A DNA stretch of 64,000 bases from NCBI GenBank assembly GCA_023205875.1, contig CP060768.1:310001-374000 (forward strand), read 5' to 3'. Positions 11,440 to 24,700 of this stretch are shown in pieces. The position numbers and the translations under genes were made by a program. The stretch's first letter is position 1, and each line of letters opens with the position of its first letter. The stretch comes from Chloropicon primus (Eukaryota). A model generated the notes under the pieces. It did not search any database, was not told the DNA's origin, and worked only from the letters and a program-made list of their open reading frames with translations.

Positions 11440-11644
11440 ACGCGTGATCCTTTCGCTCGCTCTCCCTCTCTCGCTCTTGGAGAAGACTACACTAACACTA
11501 ACAAGCTTTCAGTCCATGCCAAGATGGGCAATCTTGAAGCATCCACTTTCCCGTTAAAGGAAACTAAACTCGATCGATCATCCTTGTCCTGCTGTGATCC
11601 TTTCGCTCCCTGCAGACTTTTTGTTTCGGGAAAGCCTAGCCACC

Positions 11645-12331
11645 ATGGTGGAAGCGAGCACAGTCTTCCTTCAGGGGATGGTCTACGTAAGTGACTGGGG
11701 ACCTCCCTGTTTCGCTCCAGTCACACACGAGCTCTGACAAGAAACCTTTTCTTTTGTTTCACACACCTTGATGATGATGATGATGATGATGTCCCTTTCT
11801 CCAACTTCTCTCTCTCACACACATGCACGCACAGGTGGACGCGAAAGGGAACCTGCTCGAGAAGAGGACGAAGCAGGCAGAGGCGGCGAGGCAGAGGGAG
11901 CCAACGCCTCGGTCGGAAAACGCCGGTGACGAGAAGAACGACGACATCACCCCTGCAGAGCTCCAAACGTCGACCTTGTGGAAGAGGATCAACCCCGGTT
12001 GGTGAGTGTCCAAGGCCGAAAAATTCCGTGGTCTCTTGCCTTTGCTGACATCTCCTTCACTCCTTCTGCCCTCGAAAGCATGACGGGCTACATGGACCTG
12101 CCGAGTTCGCACTACTCGAGGAACTACCAGTAAGTGAGAGAGACGCACTTGTGTTTTGAGAGACCCGACGACGACCTGACCGAGAGTTTTCTGCCTGCCA
12201 CCACCAGGTTTGACGACAAGAACAAGGACTACATCGAGCAAGAGAAGGACTGGGAGTTCCACTTCCTAAAGACCGAGATCACAGAGTACACCGAAGCGGC
12301 CGTCAGGCACAAGATGACGCTGGAGAACTAA
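11645..12331 (+). CDS. Small 3-exon hypothetical protein (~110 aa); exons 11645-11686, 11835-12001, 12209-12331
   Basis: accATGg start. Canonical GTAAGT/GTGAGT donors and CAG acceptors give an in-frame MVEASTVFLQGMVY|VDAKG...INPGW|FDDKNKDY...LEN*. Confidence 0.65.
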
Positions 12332-12462
12332 CCTAACCTAGGGGCAATAGAACGAAACCCAAACCCTTCATACAAGTTACAATCCACCTTTTTGTATATT
12401 TTTACAACACTTTTGTTTCGGGAAAGCGTCCACACGCGAGCCCGCCTCGTGAGCTCCAAGGC

Positions 12463-13824
12463 TCAGATGTCGATGACTTCGATTCCCAGGGCCGCGGTAG
12501 CGACCTTCTCGACGGTCTTGCTGCCTGGCTTGCGCAGCCCTTTCTTCAACTCGTTCTCGTCCATATCCAGCTTCCACGAGTAGAGTCTGAACACATCTTT
12601 TGACTTGTAGTTCCCTTCTAGGAGATCCGAGCTGTAGTTGACCCTGCTGCGGCCGTACTGGGACGACGTCTTGAGCTTTGACGAGAGTGAAGAAGGACCT
12701 CCCCTTCCGGAGTCTTGCTTCTCCTTTCGGATGTCCTCCACAGTCTTCCTCAGCGTTCGCTCCAGCTGGCTTACTTCCGGAACTTTCTTGCTCCACTCGC
12801 CCGTCCTCGTGATCGCCGCCTTACCGAACGCCAAGTTCTCCGTCGAGAGGCCTATCCCAACAAAGTTCTGGACCTGCAGCATCTCCTCGTCCGTGACAAC
12901 GTGGTAGTCGAGCACGTGCAGAGACGGCACCCTGTGTATCGTGTGGAGCCTGTAGTTCGACTCGAGGCAGCACGGGTTGCCCTTCAAGGCTAACGTGTGC
13001 AAAAACTGAAAGGAATGAAACGTCTCCAACACTTTGTGCAGGTCCGACAAGCAGTTGTTCTCTAGGTTGAGGATCTGCAGGAAGTGGAACTTCCTGATGC
13101 TTCCTTGAAGCGAAGTGATCATGTTGCTCTGCAGAACACCAAGGTGGTTCAGAATACCAGAAAGTTAGTCTGCTTGCTCCTCTTTCTCGACACCACCACC
13201 AGCACAGGAGAAAGACTTGAACTTGAGGACTGACTATTGACTTACGTGCAAGTAAAGCTCCTTGATCCTGAAGTTCGCGTCCAGGTTGGTCACACTGACG
13301 AGCTTGTTGTTGTTCAACCACAACACTTCCAAGTTCGACTGGGGGGGGGAGGGAAGCAGCACACGCGGAGTCAGTTGAGTCTGGCCAGACTTCCACATTC
13401 ACTTTTGTGCAACACGTACCAGTCTCTCGAAGCCGTGAATTTCTTCGATGCCTGTGCCACCCCGACGGGAGGACAAGAGCAAGCAAGGAACAAAGGAAAA
13501 ATCTTTAGTATTTGTCCACTTAAAGCACACGCCAACAGAGAGATGGAGAGAGATGGAGAGAGAAGGAGCCCCCCCACACCCAATATATATACAACTCCTA
13601 TACATATAGAACCTATCCTCTATTGTCTGACCCGCTCACTCACCTTGGTTGGCCAAGTGCAACTCGGTGCACTCTCTGACATATTTCTCGTTCCTTCCCT
13701 CTCCCACAAGCTGCTTGAGGGGTTCACTCAGCACCTTGGGCCGCTTCATGGCGACACCCTTCGCCAAGTCTGACCACCTTGGGTTCTCTCTCTCTCTCTC
13801 TCTCTCTAATTCGACGATTTCCAT
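12463..13824 (-). CDS. LRRC72-like LRR protein, multi-exon
   Basis: ECTELHLANQG|IEEIHGFERLV, then LWLNNN-type repeats and an LRR cap LKGNPCCLESNYRLHTIHRVPSLHVLD. Confidence 0.7.
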
Positions 13825-14192
13825 TTTGAGTCAAAATACGTGAGGGTCTGAGACACGGGGCCAGGGGGCCGAGACCGCACAACACCGTGAGGGGGAGGCA
13901 CCAGTAGCAGTAGCCCCCACCTTGGCGCTCGCCTGTGATGCGCGCGTGACGAGTGTGACAAGCCGTGGTTGTGACCTGATGCCTTGCAGGCCTCTCTTGC
14001 CTACACAATGATGCGAAAAGTGGTGGTGGGTCCGAGACGGCCCGTCTCAGGCGACGGTCAGGTGACGGACAGGCAGACCCTGGTGGCAGGAGAAAGGATG
14101 TGCACAGAAGATTCTTTTTTACAAGTTCAGTTCTTTTCTTTTGTTTATATACGTACGTTTTGGAGTGGTTTTCCGCTCTCGTCCAGCGAACA

Positions 14193-15139
14193 TCAGTCCG
14201 AGTCACTGAAGTCACTATCCTCGTCCTTGAGGTATTGCCTCTCTCCAGCGTACACCGACCTCCCAACCCCGTTCCTGTTCCAGTCCTCGTCGTCGTTCTC
14301 GTCGTCGCTCTCGGTCTTCTGCTTCTTTTTGAGTGCCCTGGCCTGTTTCAGCCTTCGCTCGAAGACCTTGGTCGAGAAGTCGTCGGAGCTTCCAAGCTCT
14401 TCGAAGCCCGTGATCCTATCGTAAGTCACGCCATCCCTGAAGATGATGATGCACGGCAAGACTCGAACCTGGAGCTTCTCGACGAAGAAGGGAGAGTCGG
14501 GGGCAGACAACTTGACGAACTTCGTGTCGAAGTATTTTCCTGCCAAAATCTTGAGGTGCTTGTCCACGATCTTGCACCTCTCGAACTCCTTGTGAAAAAA
14601 GTGGACGACCACGACCTCTGTCTTAGTCACAACCTCCAGGAACTTCCCTTCCTCGATCTCTTCGTAAGTTCCGTGGCCCTTGGTCTTCATCTCTGCCCTC
14701 TTCTCGGCTTCCTTCTGCAACTGGGCTATTCTCTCCTCGTGGATCTTTTGAAGGTCTGGGTCGTCCAGCAGGTCGTCCATGTCGATGTAAGCCTGGTTCC
14801 TCTCCCTAGCGGAGGCCTCCGCGTCCAGCATCTCCTGCTCGTCGTCGTTGCCCAAGGAAAGACAAACGCAAAGGAAGGAGGATGGCAACGGACCAAAACT
14901 CTTCGTGTCAACCCATGTACAACACGCAAACGCAACGCAACCTCTTCCCGAAAGAAAGAAAGAAAGAAGGAGACTTGCACAGAAAGAGAACCTTTTTGCG
15001 ACCGAGTCGTGCACGCTCCTTCGCTTACCTTCTGGATGTTCTTCGCCGCTGCAGCCATGACTTCTCCATAAGCTATGCTGTTGAGAGTTCCGCGGAACTT
15101 CTCTCCCTCTCGGGTACTTTCCTGTCCCCCGAAGTTCAT
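14193..15139 (-). CDS. PLP3: Phosducin-like protein 3 / TXNDC9; one intron at about 15028-14856
   Basis: DDPDLQKIHEERIAQL, GHGTYEEI, VVVHFFHKEFERCKIVDKHL, RVLPC, GFEELG. Confidence 0.88.
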
Positions 15140-15998
15140 GACGGCTTCCCTTCAGTTGTTGGTATCAAGCTCGAGCTTGTCTCCCCGTCGCGCTCCTCGT
15201 CGCGCTCCTCGGTGTCCACGTCAATCGATTGATCGATCGTATCGTCGTAAGCTCGACAGCTTCAAGCCGCTTGAGCGAGCGAGTTTGAACTTTTCTTTCT
15301 TCTTTGCAGGAAACAAGGGAGAGAAGGGAGAGAGAGGGAGAGGGAGAGGGAGAGGGAGAGAGAGAGAGAGGGACGTTCTCCTTGCTGCTTTCTTTCCTTA
15401 ATGAAAGGAATGAATTCCTCGATGCATCAGGCTTTCGTTGCGTGAAGTTGGAAGTTCCCACCCAACCCAGAGAGAGCGAGAGCGAGCGAGAGAGAGAGGA
15501 GAGATATTTCTGCTCATTGGTTGAGAGAAGTATGAAGAAGAGCCGCCACTTCAAGTCAACAACACTGGGTGTGCCGCACACTGCCAACTGTTGGGCCCGC
15601 GTCCCTCCGACTTTTCCAATTCCAATGAAACCAAACTTTGTGCTCACTAAAACCATCTAAACTCCAAAGGACGCAAGGAGTTTCCTCATCGGCTTGGCGT
15701 GGAGTTCGTCTCCCCCCCAAACCCACGGCCCCCAAACAGACAAAGGATTACTGCTCCCTGCTCTCCCTCTCTCTTCTTCACTCGAAGGGAAGGAAGGAGG
15801 CGAACCATGTGTTCTCCCATAGAGATTCCATGTAAAGTAGATCTCTCATTTAAAGTTCAATCCCTCTCATAGAACAGTTTGTCCATGGACAAGTTCTCCA
15901 ACGTTTGGAGCCAAGGCCAAGATTGAAGTTGGATCCTCTGAGCTTGTGACTTGCTTGACTTGAACGGCACTTGCTTGACGGAACTACCTGACACCACC

Positions 15999-16602
15999 AT
16001 GGCGACCGTAACAACCGTTGGCGGCAACAACAACAACCAGATGGACTTGTGGCAGGCCACTCTTTGTGGTTGCTTTGACGACTGCAGCAGTTGCTGCCTT
16101 ACCACCTTCTGTGCTTGCTGCCAGTACGGAAGGAATGTGGAGGCTACCACTGGAAACGGGTGCTTTGTGCCTTGTCTCACGTACTTCTGCCTCTTGTTGT
16201 GGTTCCCTCCAGCGATCCCATGCGTCTTGTCTTCCAACAGGACGACCATGCGTCAGTCCTTCAACCTTCCAGCACAGGTACGTCAACCCAACACCTGTCG
16301 TGAGAGGAAAACCCTCCTCCTCCAAAACGGTTTTGTTTCCGGCGACTGACCCACGTCACTCTATTCCTCCTCAGCCTTGCGATGACTGCTGCACCTACTG
16401 CTTCTGCGGATCCTGCGCCCTCTGCCAGGAGGCCCGCGAGCTCAAGTTGAGGGGCGCTAACGCTTCCAACCCAGCCATTCAGAAGTTGAGACAGGCTAAC
16501 CAGACCCAGATGGTTGTTGTCACTCAGGCTCCACAGGTTGTCGCTGCCCCACAGGCCTCTGCCCCTGTTCAGGGAGAGCCAGCCCCAGTTTTCAAGGTCT
16601 AA
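15999..16602 (+). CDS. PLAC8 / plant cadmium resistance family Cys-rich protein; exons 15999-16277 and 16375-16602
   Basis: WQATLCGCFDDCSSCCLTTFCACCQYGRN...DCCTYCFCGSCALCQEAREL. Confidence 0.88.
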
Positions 16603-17842
16603 GCGCTGCGAGGAGGAGCCTCAGCCGCCAAGGAGCACATGCGGGGGCACACACTCTGAGAGAAGCCAAGCGGTCCGGCGCCGTGACAGAAGGACGAGCG
16701 AAAGAGGAATCGAGGCGGCATGCTTTGCCTCGCATTCACTGGCTTGATGATTCTGAAGCAGGTGAGACCGCCTTGCTCTCTCGAGGAGTTTGCCCCCCGT
16801 GGTGTGGGCCTTCGGAGACGGTTTGTGGTTACGACGTTTGCCTGCGACGAAGAAGTAAGGGATAGGAAACGAAGCGACCAGATTAAATTTTGATTCAAAA
16901 GACTTGAACTTTTTCCTTCCAAGAACACAAGAGATGCATGCCACCCCAAAGCTCCTCGCGCTTCCACCCAACGAATTGTTCGTGTCCACGAGCTCTTCCT
17001 TTGTCGCAACGACTTGCGGGGCTTGCGTTTCAGGTGGAACACTACGGTTGATGTGAGGTCTTCGGGCTTTCTTCCTTTGTTGGACGGATTGTCGATTCAA
17101 GCGGGGCACTCCCTTTGATTGCCCAGAGTCACGCGCAACCTTTCGTTGCCTTTGGTTCTCCTCCTCTCGCTCCCGGTGGTCCTCGAACAAGAAGTAGTTA
17201 AGGAAAAAGTTTTGCAAGATTTGAACGAATACGGCAGCCAGAGGTCAGACAGAGGTAAGAGACACCTTGGCATCATGCCCACGGTGCCATGCTTCTCGCC
17301 ACCTTCTCCGCCACCCCACAACCCTGGGCTTCCTCTGTCCTGTTCCACTGCCATCGCACGTGATGAAGGTCTTTTTGCGGATCAAATGCAATCCCAAACC
17401 CAGGAGAACAACAAGTGAAGGCAAGGGATCCCATCCAAGTCGTACGTCTGTGCTCCCCCTCGTCCAGCGATCTCCTCGAACCATCCATTGACCCACCATG
17501 CCCTCTCCATGATGTCCTCTCCTGCTGATGTCTCCTCCTCTTGGTTTTTTACGAATCGAATCGAAAATTAGTCAAAGAGCAAGCAAATCAGTTCAGTTTG
17601 AAAGAGCCCTGGTGGACCGAGTGGAAGGCCAAAGACAAGGACAAGAGCGAGGGATGGCCACCCCAAGGTCCAAACAAGTCAAGAACACTGGCATTGTCAT
17701 GGGACACCTTCACTGAGTCGAGGGGTGCCACCACAATTGTTGCGAACTTTTGCCAAGAGACAAAGGTGTATCCACTGTGGGTGTGGGTGTGGGTGTGTAT
17801 TGAAGGTGTAGAGGACTGAAGCTTGGTTCGAGGGGTGGCAGT

Positions 17843-20800
17843 ATGGTGGAGGACACGAGCAAGCGAACGTATGTGGAGACGAAGCGGGCCATTCAGAGGC
17901 TGAAAGCTCAGCAACTCTCCGTGAAGAAGATTCAAGCGGAGATAGAACAAAACTATGAGAACGTGTACAAGGAGAAGCGAGAGGGTCTGCTGAGCTTGAA
18001 GCACAACATAAGGCAAGCTCTCCTTCGGAACTTGAATCCGCAGAAGAAGAGCTCGACGGCAGGATCCGCGTATTCGACGAGGAGCAGGCAGAGGCAGATG
18101 TACCTCGAGTCGGCTATGGCAACGGAAGTGTCCCACGAGCAGGTCATGAAGTACTTGGTTCAATACAGAGAGGCCTTGAAGGAGCGGGAGACCAAGTCCA
18201 ACAAAGCGGCACAGTACATGCGGCTGGCAAAGAGGCACACGAGCAGCACGCTGAGCCTTCAGCACCACAAGGGATCGAGCAACAGTGGGATGATGAAGAA
18301 GCAGAGGGAGGGTGGCTTTCCACTTTCCAAGAGAATCAAAAAGTTGGGGGGAGACACGGACGTAAGGATGCACGAGCCCAATCCCTTGCTCCTGCCAAGA
18401 AAGTACGCTCAAGCCAGCGAGGACGTGTACGGCAAGAGTAGCGAGGAGACGACGACGAGCACGACGGAGCCTGCCAAAGACTTGGCAAAACTGGACTCGA
18501 AGAGAATGAAAGCTATGGACATCTTGAAGAAGACCTCGAGGGTGACGCCGTGGGCGGTTGATCCAAGCAGCTTCACGCAGCCGCAAATCGTTTGCGGCAA
18601 GAAGTACATGGGCGAGACCACTTTTCTGTCTCGACCTCGGGGCATCAGTTTCAGAGACTTCGAGCTCGGCCAGACGTACGAGAAGAAGGTGGAGCTCACC
18701 AACGTGTCTTGGACGATCAACAGGTTCAAGCGGGTGGTGGTCGACGAGGCACTGGACGACATTGTGAACGTGACATGCGATTTTCCTGGGCTCATGTCCG
18801 CTGGGATGATGTGCAACATGGTGGTGACCTTTCAGCCAAAAGTGTTGCAGGACCTGACGGGCTTCATCACGATATTGGCTGAGACAGGGCCTGTGGCCAT
18901 ACCCTTCGAATGCACGACCAAGAAAGCTGAGACTTCTGTGTCGTGCGAGAGCATAACTCTGACCCCCGTGATGATTGGCGAGCAGTCGACTTCTCAGATG
19001 GAGATCACAAACCTCGGCGCCATTCCAGTGACTTGGGACCTCACGGTTCTAGACATCCTTTCCGTAGATGAGAACACGGGGGAGACTGCCGGTGTTCTGT
19101 ACTCCGCAGGGAAGGAGGGAGGTGGCGGGGCAGACGAAGCGGAGGACATTCTCTCGGATTTGGGGCTGAGCTTCACGAACATCGGCAAGATACCGGAGTA
19201 CAGCCGATGCAAGAACAAGTTCGTGTTCTCGCCCGTCAAGGACATCAAGATCGTTGTCAAGGCCAATTACGTCTTCAAGACGAAGACGGGGGAGTACCTC
19301 CCCCCGATCCCACTGGAGATCACGGCCCAAGCGCAGAGGCTGCCACTCGCCGCTGTCGACAAGGTGGTGGACTTCAAGTGCTGCAAGTACAAGTCCATCT
19401 ACCAGAACACGATGAAGGTGCAGAATTCTGGGAAGACTGCCCTCAAGTGCTGCATCGTGCAGAGGCCGGAGCTCAAACCATACATTGAGTTCCTGCCAGA
19501 CATTGGGTACTGCCAGGCGGGCCGGGCCTTCACCTTCACGATAAGCTTCAACCCCACGCAAGAGATCGAGAAGGACTGCGAGAGGTGGATAGACAAGGAG
19601 ACTGGGATTCTGCAGGTGCCTTTCAAGATCCATGCTCCTGCGCAGCCCACCCCCGTGGGGTTCACGTTCAGGGCGAGGCTGACGTCCTCTGACTTGGTCT
19701 TTGAGCCCGAGATTCTTGATTTCGGCAAGTGCGTCGCGGACATGCCCACGGGTCTGAAGCTGCGGGTGACGAACAAGGGCATGCTTCCTGCAAGGCTTGC
19801 GATGAGAGCGTCGAAATTCGGGAAGGAGGGAAGCTTCCTGGCTTCGACGAACAGGGGCCAGAAGAGCAAAGGTCCAGAGCAAGCTGTGGTGTCTTTCGAG
19901 CCAAACGATGGCTTCAACGCGATTTTGCCAAACGGCACGATAGAACTGACCGTCTGCTTCTGCGGCAGCACAGAAGCGACGCATGCTTTCCAAGTGTATT
20001 GCTTCGCCCTTGGAGAGACGGGACAGCCTTGCAAATTCAGCATACCTTGCAAGGCAGAGGTGGTGCACATCCCTCTCAAGTTTTCCACGTTCCACTTGTC
20101 GCTTCCGCCGACAGCCTTCAAGCCGGGAAGCATAAGCCAAGCAAGCGTGGTCCTCCGGAATTCTTCTGGCCTGTCGAGCTGCGACTACCAATTCAAGTCG
20201 CCGTCCTCGGATTTGACCTTCAGTCCGCTGGTGGGATCCATTCCGCCCAAAGGTACATGCAGGGTAGTCGTAAAGTTTGAGCCTTGCCAAGTCGAGCAAA
20301 GCAGCGCACCAAAGGAGGGCGAAGAACCTGAGGAGGGGAAAGAGGCACAGGAGAAGGAGAGCGCCAAGTCTCCGAACCCTCCACCAGAGGACATGATAAA
20401 CAAGCTGAGGTCGCTTTGGTCCCCGTGCGTTGTCAAGTACGAAGGGGACCTGTCACTGGTCCACTTGAACGTCCAGACTTACGTGGTGAAGCCGAACCTG
20501 ACTTTGTTTGCCCCTGGCATGAAGGTCAGGGAAAGCGGAATCTGCGAGCTTGGCTTTGGCACCGTCGCTATCGGTGAGCGGCATATCTTGACCCTGCGCC
20601 TGTCAGCAGAAGAAGTGGAGGAGGTCCTCCCGGTCTCTTACAGCATGCTTGATCACAAAGGGGACTTTCAGATACTGAACGCGGTCAGGCCGATCAAGAA
20701 GAACAAGGACTGCGTTCTGCAGCTCTGCTTTGCGCCTCGAGAGACGCGGGAATACTTCGAGAAGCTGACGCTGTCGACGAAGTTTGAGAGCATTAGGATC

Positions 20801-21667
20801 AACCTCCTTGGCGAGGGCGTTCTGCCCTCGATGTCCCTCGTGGACGATCAGTCCCCCATCGACATGGGCTTCACCGTCCCCAAGGACATCAAGGAGAGCG
20901 CCTTCGCCCTGAAGTATGTCTCAAAGTGCCCCGTGAGGTACCAACTCTGCGTGGAGGAGGAGAACTTCAACAGCAACTTTGGACCGAGTGTTTTCTCGTG
21001 CCACCCGAGCAGTGGAGTCGTCGAATTGGAGGGAGAGCTGGAAGTGAACGTCCGCTTTAAGCCACAGTTCAAGCAAGAGTCTTTCATGAAGGCCAGGGTT
21101 GTCGTCAAGTGCCAGGAGGACGAGCTTGGCTCGGTCAACGTCGAGGGGCGGTGCCTTGCTGCTGGAATCCATATCCAGTACCCCCAAGGAAAGCTTCTCT
21201 CGAACACGGACGCTTTCACCAGTTCCTTGAAGTCCTGCATCGCAGCAGCGGAGGACGGGGACACGGAGGCGGAGAAGGAGGAGGCGGAGCCTTTCTACCT
21301 CAGGTTTGACGAATCGATCATGCTGGGGCAAAAGAGGGAGGAGTTCTTTGAAATCGTGAACACGGGGAAAACTAGTGGAGAGTTCTCTTTCGATGCGCAA
21401 TCGGACGACGACATCGTGCAGGAGAGGTGGCAGGTCACCCCAGCCAAGGGCCAGGTGGCCGCTGGGAGCAGTGTGAAGATCTCCGTGTCTCTTGAGATGC
21501 CCGTGGACATATCTCCCGAGTTTGTAGTCTACTTTGGACTGGAGAGTTGGATTGAGGGGCAGTGGAACTGCACGATATCGACTGGCAACAGCACAACCAA
21601 GGTGCCGTTCATGTCTGCCTGCCTGGTGAAACCTATGAAGATGCCAGAGGAGGCGGAGGAAGCGTAA
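17843..21667 (+). CDS. CFAP74: CFAP74-like cilia/flagella protein with tandem ASH/Ig-like domains (extra 5' exons possible)
   Basis: 1274-aa ORF with FRDFELGQTYEKKVELTNVS...PGLMSAGMMC...VTFQPK, repeated (V/L)DFG...(L/V)xNxG modules and an N-terminal coiled coil. Confidence 0.75.
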   Translation: MVEDTSKRTYVETKRAIQRLKAQQLSVKKIQAEIEQNYENVYKEKREGLLSLKHNIRQALLRNLNPQKKSSTAGSAYSTRSRQRQMYLESAMATEVSHEQVMKYLVQYREALKERETKSNKAAQYMRLAKRHTSSTLSLQHHKGSSNSGMMKKQREGGFPLSKRIKKLGGDTDVRMHEPNPLLLPRKYAQASEDVYGKSSEETTTSTTEPAKDLAKLDSKRMKAMDILKKTSRVTPWAVDPSSFTQPQIVCGKKYMGETTFLSRPRGISFRDFELGQTYEKKVELTNVSWTINRFKRVVVDEALDDIVNVTCDFPGLMSAGMMCNMVVTFQPKVLQDLTGFITILAETGPVAIPFECTTKKAETSVSCESITLTPVMIGEQSTSQMEITNLGAIPVTWDLTVLDILSVDENTGETAGVLYSAGKEGGGGADEAEDILSDLGLSFTNIGKIPEYSRCKNKFVFSPVKDIKIVVKANYVFKTKTGEYLPPIPLEITAQAQRLPLAAVDKVVDFKCCKYKSIYQNTMKVQNSGKTALKCCIVQRPELKPYIEFLPDIGYCQAGRAFTFTISFNPTQEIEKDCERWIDKETGILQVPFKIHAPAQPTPVGFTFRARLTSSDLVFEPEILDFGKCVADMPTGLKLRVTNKGMLPARLAMRASKFGKEGSFLASTNRGQKSKGPEQAVVSFEPNDGFNAILPNGTIELTVCFCGSTEATHAFQVYCFALGETGQPCKFSIPCKAEVVHIPLKFSTFHLSLPPTAFKPGSISQASVVLRNSSGLSSCDYQFKSPSSDLTFSPLVGSIPPKGTCRVVVKFEPCQVEQSSAPKEGEEPEEGKEAQEKESAKSPNPPPEDMINKLRSLWSPCVVKYEGDLSLVHLNVQTYVVKPNLTLFAPGMKVRESGICELGFGTVAIGERHILTLRLSAEEVEEVLPVSYSMLDHKGDFQILNAVRPIKKNKDCVLQLCFAPRETREYFEKLTLSTKFESIRINLLGEGVLPSMSLVDDQSPIDMGFTVPKDIKESAFALKYVSKCPVRYQLCVEEENFNSNFGPSVFSCHPSSGVVELEGELEVNVRFKPQFKQESFMKARVVVKCQEDELGSVNVEGRCLAAGIHIQYPQGKLLSNTDAFTSSLKSCIAAAEDGDTEAEKEEAEPFYLRFDESIMLGQKREEFFEIVNTGKTSGEFSFDAQSDDDIVQERWQVTPAKGQVAAGSSVKISVSLEMPVDISPEFVVYFGLESWIEGQWNCTISTGNSTTKVPFMSACLVKPMKMPEEAEEA

Positions 21668-21761
21668 GAAAATTTGTAATATAGTTTGAAGCAACTTGAA
21701 GCAAGCAAATTAAGCAGGGTTTGTTTTTCTCTTCGCTAAAACCAGTGTGGAATTCCATTTC

Positions 21762-24700
21762 TCATTCCGTCTTCTTCTTCCAGATCATGCTCTTCCAGGT
21801 TCCGTCGAAGAGGTAAATCTTCATCGCGATGTAACCAATCACAAGCCACATGAACCACAGGGCAGTTAGGGCCCCGATGTACTCCGTGATGTTTGGTGCT
21901 ATCGCAAACTTGATCTGATCCAAAACGTCTGTTCCGGTGAACTTCACCGTGATCCCGCTGATCGTCGTGGAAAAGGTGACGCCCCTGATCTCGTTCGAAA
22001 CCAGCGCTCCCATGACGTGGTAGAAGAGAGACAGGTACTGGATCCAAGATATCCAGCTAGGAATGGAGTCCCTGGCGCTCAAGAAACCTCCGAACATCAT
22101 GGAGAAAAGCAGGAGGAGGATGATCCCCAAGCTCGCAACTCCTCCGGTCTTGGATCCCATCGTGACCGCAACGCTCAGTGCGCCACACCCCAAGCTGAAG
22201 AGCACGGTCGCAATGAGGTAGATAAAAAAGTGATCAGCGCCGGGCCTGAGCCCCACGGTCCAATACGTCATCACGTCGTAGATGACCATTGGTATAACCC
22301 TGAGCATCAGCCCGTCTACGATGACCTTGGACAGGTAGTAAGCCCAAGGCGTGTAGAACTTTCCTTGAATCTCTCTGACGAACACAGAGCGCTCCTCGAG
22401 AATCAGGTCCAAGGAGCTGATGCCTGCAAAGGCGAAGAAAGCGAGCTGGAAGAACAAGAAGCCGATCCTGTTCTGGACCCCAGCGATCGTGCGGCTCATA
22501 TCGCTGAACATGGCCATGCTGAGCAAAGCGGCGATGATTGCGAGAGCGACCTGCAGCCTGAACAACAATGGCCGCCTCCAAATTTGCTTGAAGCTTCGCG
22601 TCAAGCAGACCCTCAGCTCAGTGGTAAAGGGCTTGTACATCTCAACCCTCCAAAGGTTGTCCAAGCTCCTGTTTCTCGTCCCGCGACTTTTGGCAAAGGA
22701 CTCGTCTGAAGGCTTCAGGGTTTCGCCAGATGTCAAAGCGGGTGCGTAGAGACCCGCTTGATCCTGATCATCTGAGCCCGAGCCTGAGCTCGATATGGCA
22801 AGAGCATCGAGCTCCTGCTGCACGTTGATAAGCTCTCTCAGGCAGCTCAAGTCACTGACAACATGCAAAATGTAGTCTGCAATGTTCAGCCCCTTTGGGC
22901 AGGGGAACCCGCACCTGTTGAATTTATCCTGGACTCTCTCCGCAGGACCAAAATATATTTGGCGACCCTTGGCGAGCAACAAGAGCAAGTCTAGCTCCTG
23001 GAACGTCTCGGCACTTGGTTGATGCAAGCTTGCAATGACAATTCTGCCATCTCCTTTCTGAGCAAGTTCCTTCAGCGTGGTGATGATTTGGGCCGCCGCC
23101 GCAGAATCCAAACCTGACGTGGGCTCATCAAGGATCATGATTTTGGGGTCTGCTATCAATCCCATTCCGACGCTCACACGCCTGCGCTCTCCTCCACTGA
23201 TTCCTCTGATGCCGCACGACCCTCCGACCTGCTGCTGAGCGATGTGGTCGATCTTCAGCGTCTCGAGAACCTCGTAAACTTTGTGGATCCTCCTCCCTTT
23301 TGAGTAGTACCAAGGGAGCTGCAACTCGCCACTGTACATGATGGATTCCTTCACGGTCATGATAGGAATGAGTTCATCTGACTGAGGTATGTAGGTTGTG
23401 ATGTGCCTGTACCACCTTCTCCTCTTCTGACCGTCTATCTCGACGGAGCCCCGCACTTTCGCCCCGTACATGTTCCCATCAGCAAGAATGTTGAGGAGGG
23501 TGCTCTTCCCACATCCGGATGGACCCATGATGGCGAGCATGTTCCCTCTTTGGACGGAACCACTAACACCGTGGAGAATCCTCCTTTTGGTTTTCTTGAA
23601 GGTGTCCTTAACTGCTTCCCTCACCTTGGACGCCGTTCGCTGCATGTGCCTTGCGGTCTGAGCGACAGTGGAGTAGAACGTGCTCCTTCCATAAGAATCC
23701 GCTCCCAGGGATCCCAGGGATGATCCCCACCGCTTGTGTCCCTTGCCACCAGAATCGGGGTTGGAGCCCCCCTCGGAAGGAATCTGACCTCGCGAAGGCG
23801 ACTCCGCCGCCACGCCTGGCGTGCTCACAGGCGTGTAGATTTCCTCCAGATCGCTGACGACGTCATCGTCCCTGAACTCGGGAAGGGAATTGGTTTCTCT
23901 CTTGGCGTCCTCTTGGTCTTTTTGCTGCATCTCCAACTCCACTGACTTGGACTTGTCAGAGAGGACCTCGGAAAGCGACTTCTTTTTGGTGAGCAAGCTG
24001 TTCATGTCTCTCAAGCTGGAATCCACTTTCATCTTGATGTTCTCCCCAAAGTTTCCCAACTTTTGCTTGAAGTTCCCGAGCTTGGCGTGCACGGACGTTC
24101 CGTCTTTCATCCAGTTCTCATCGTCAGGGTTTGCGACAACATCGTAAAAGATGTTCTTGAAAGACAGCTCAGACACGAGGTTCATGTTGAGATCCGTGTA
24201 CTTGTCGCTCTTCGCGTTCTCCGGGTAATACTTCACGGAGGCCCTCAGGGCAGGAGACATGTCACTCGAGGAGGACATTCGAGAAAGCATGGACTTCTTG
24301 GCCCCCGTCAGTTTCATCATCTCTTTCGAGAAGAGGCTTCTGTAGTACTGCTTCTTCATCTGCGTGTACAGGACCATGCCAACGGCAAGGAATATGAGAA
24401 CCAGCAGGAGAATAGGCAAAAAGATCATTTCCAAGGGCAGTTCGGACTCGTTCTTCGAGCCGCTGATCACGGGCACGTCGTTCTGAATCAGCTCTGTTTG
24501 GGAGGTGCCCGCACTGCTCTCCTTCTGGTAGCAGTCCCCAAACTTGCACTTGATGTCGATCGGCAACGGGATCAAAGCCACTTGAACTGTGCACACGCCT
24601 CCTTCGGTCCCACCTTTGCAGGATATGGTGATGGAAGTGTTTTGGGATGACAGGGGGCCTCGGATGAAGGTCGGAAGTGACGCGGGCCATCCAAACTTTT

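Noticed and set aside
12329..12342. TAACCTAACCTAGG telomere-like snippet
   Set aside because: Only about two units at a stop codon, with no supporting structure.
16621..17820. Short ORFs between PLAC8 and CFAP74-like
   Set aside because: Mostly non-ATG starts and no motifs. They may be UTR or extra CFAP74 exons, but I could not build a consistent splice model.
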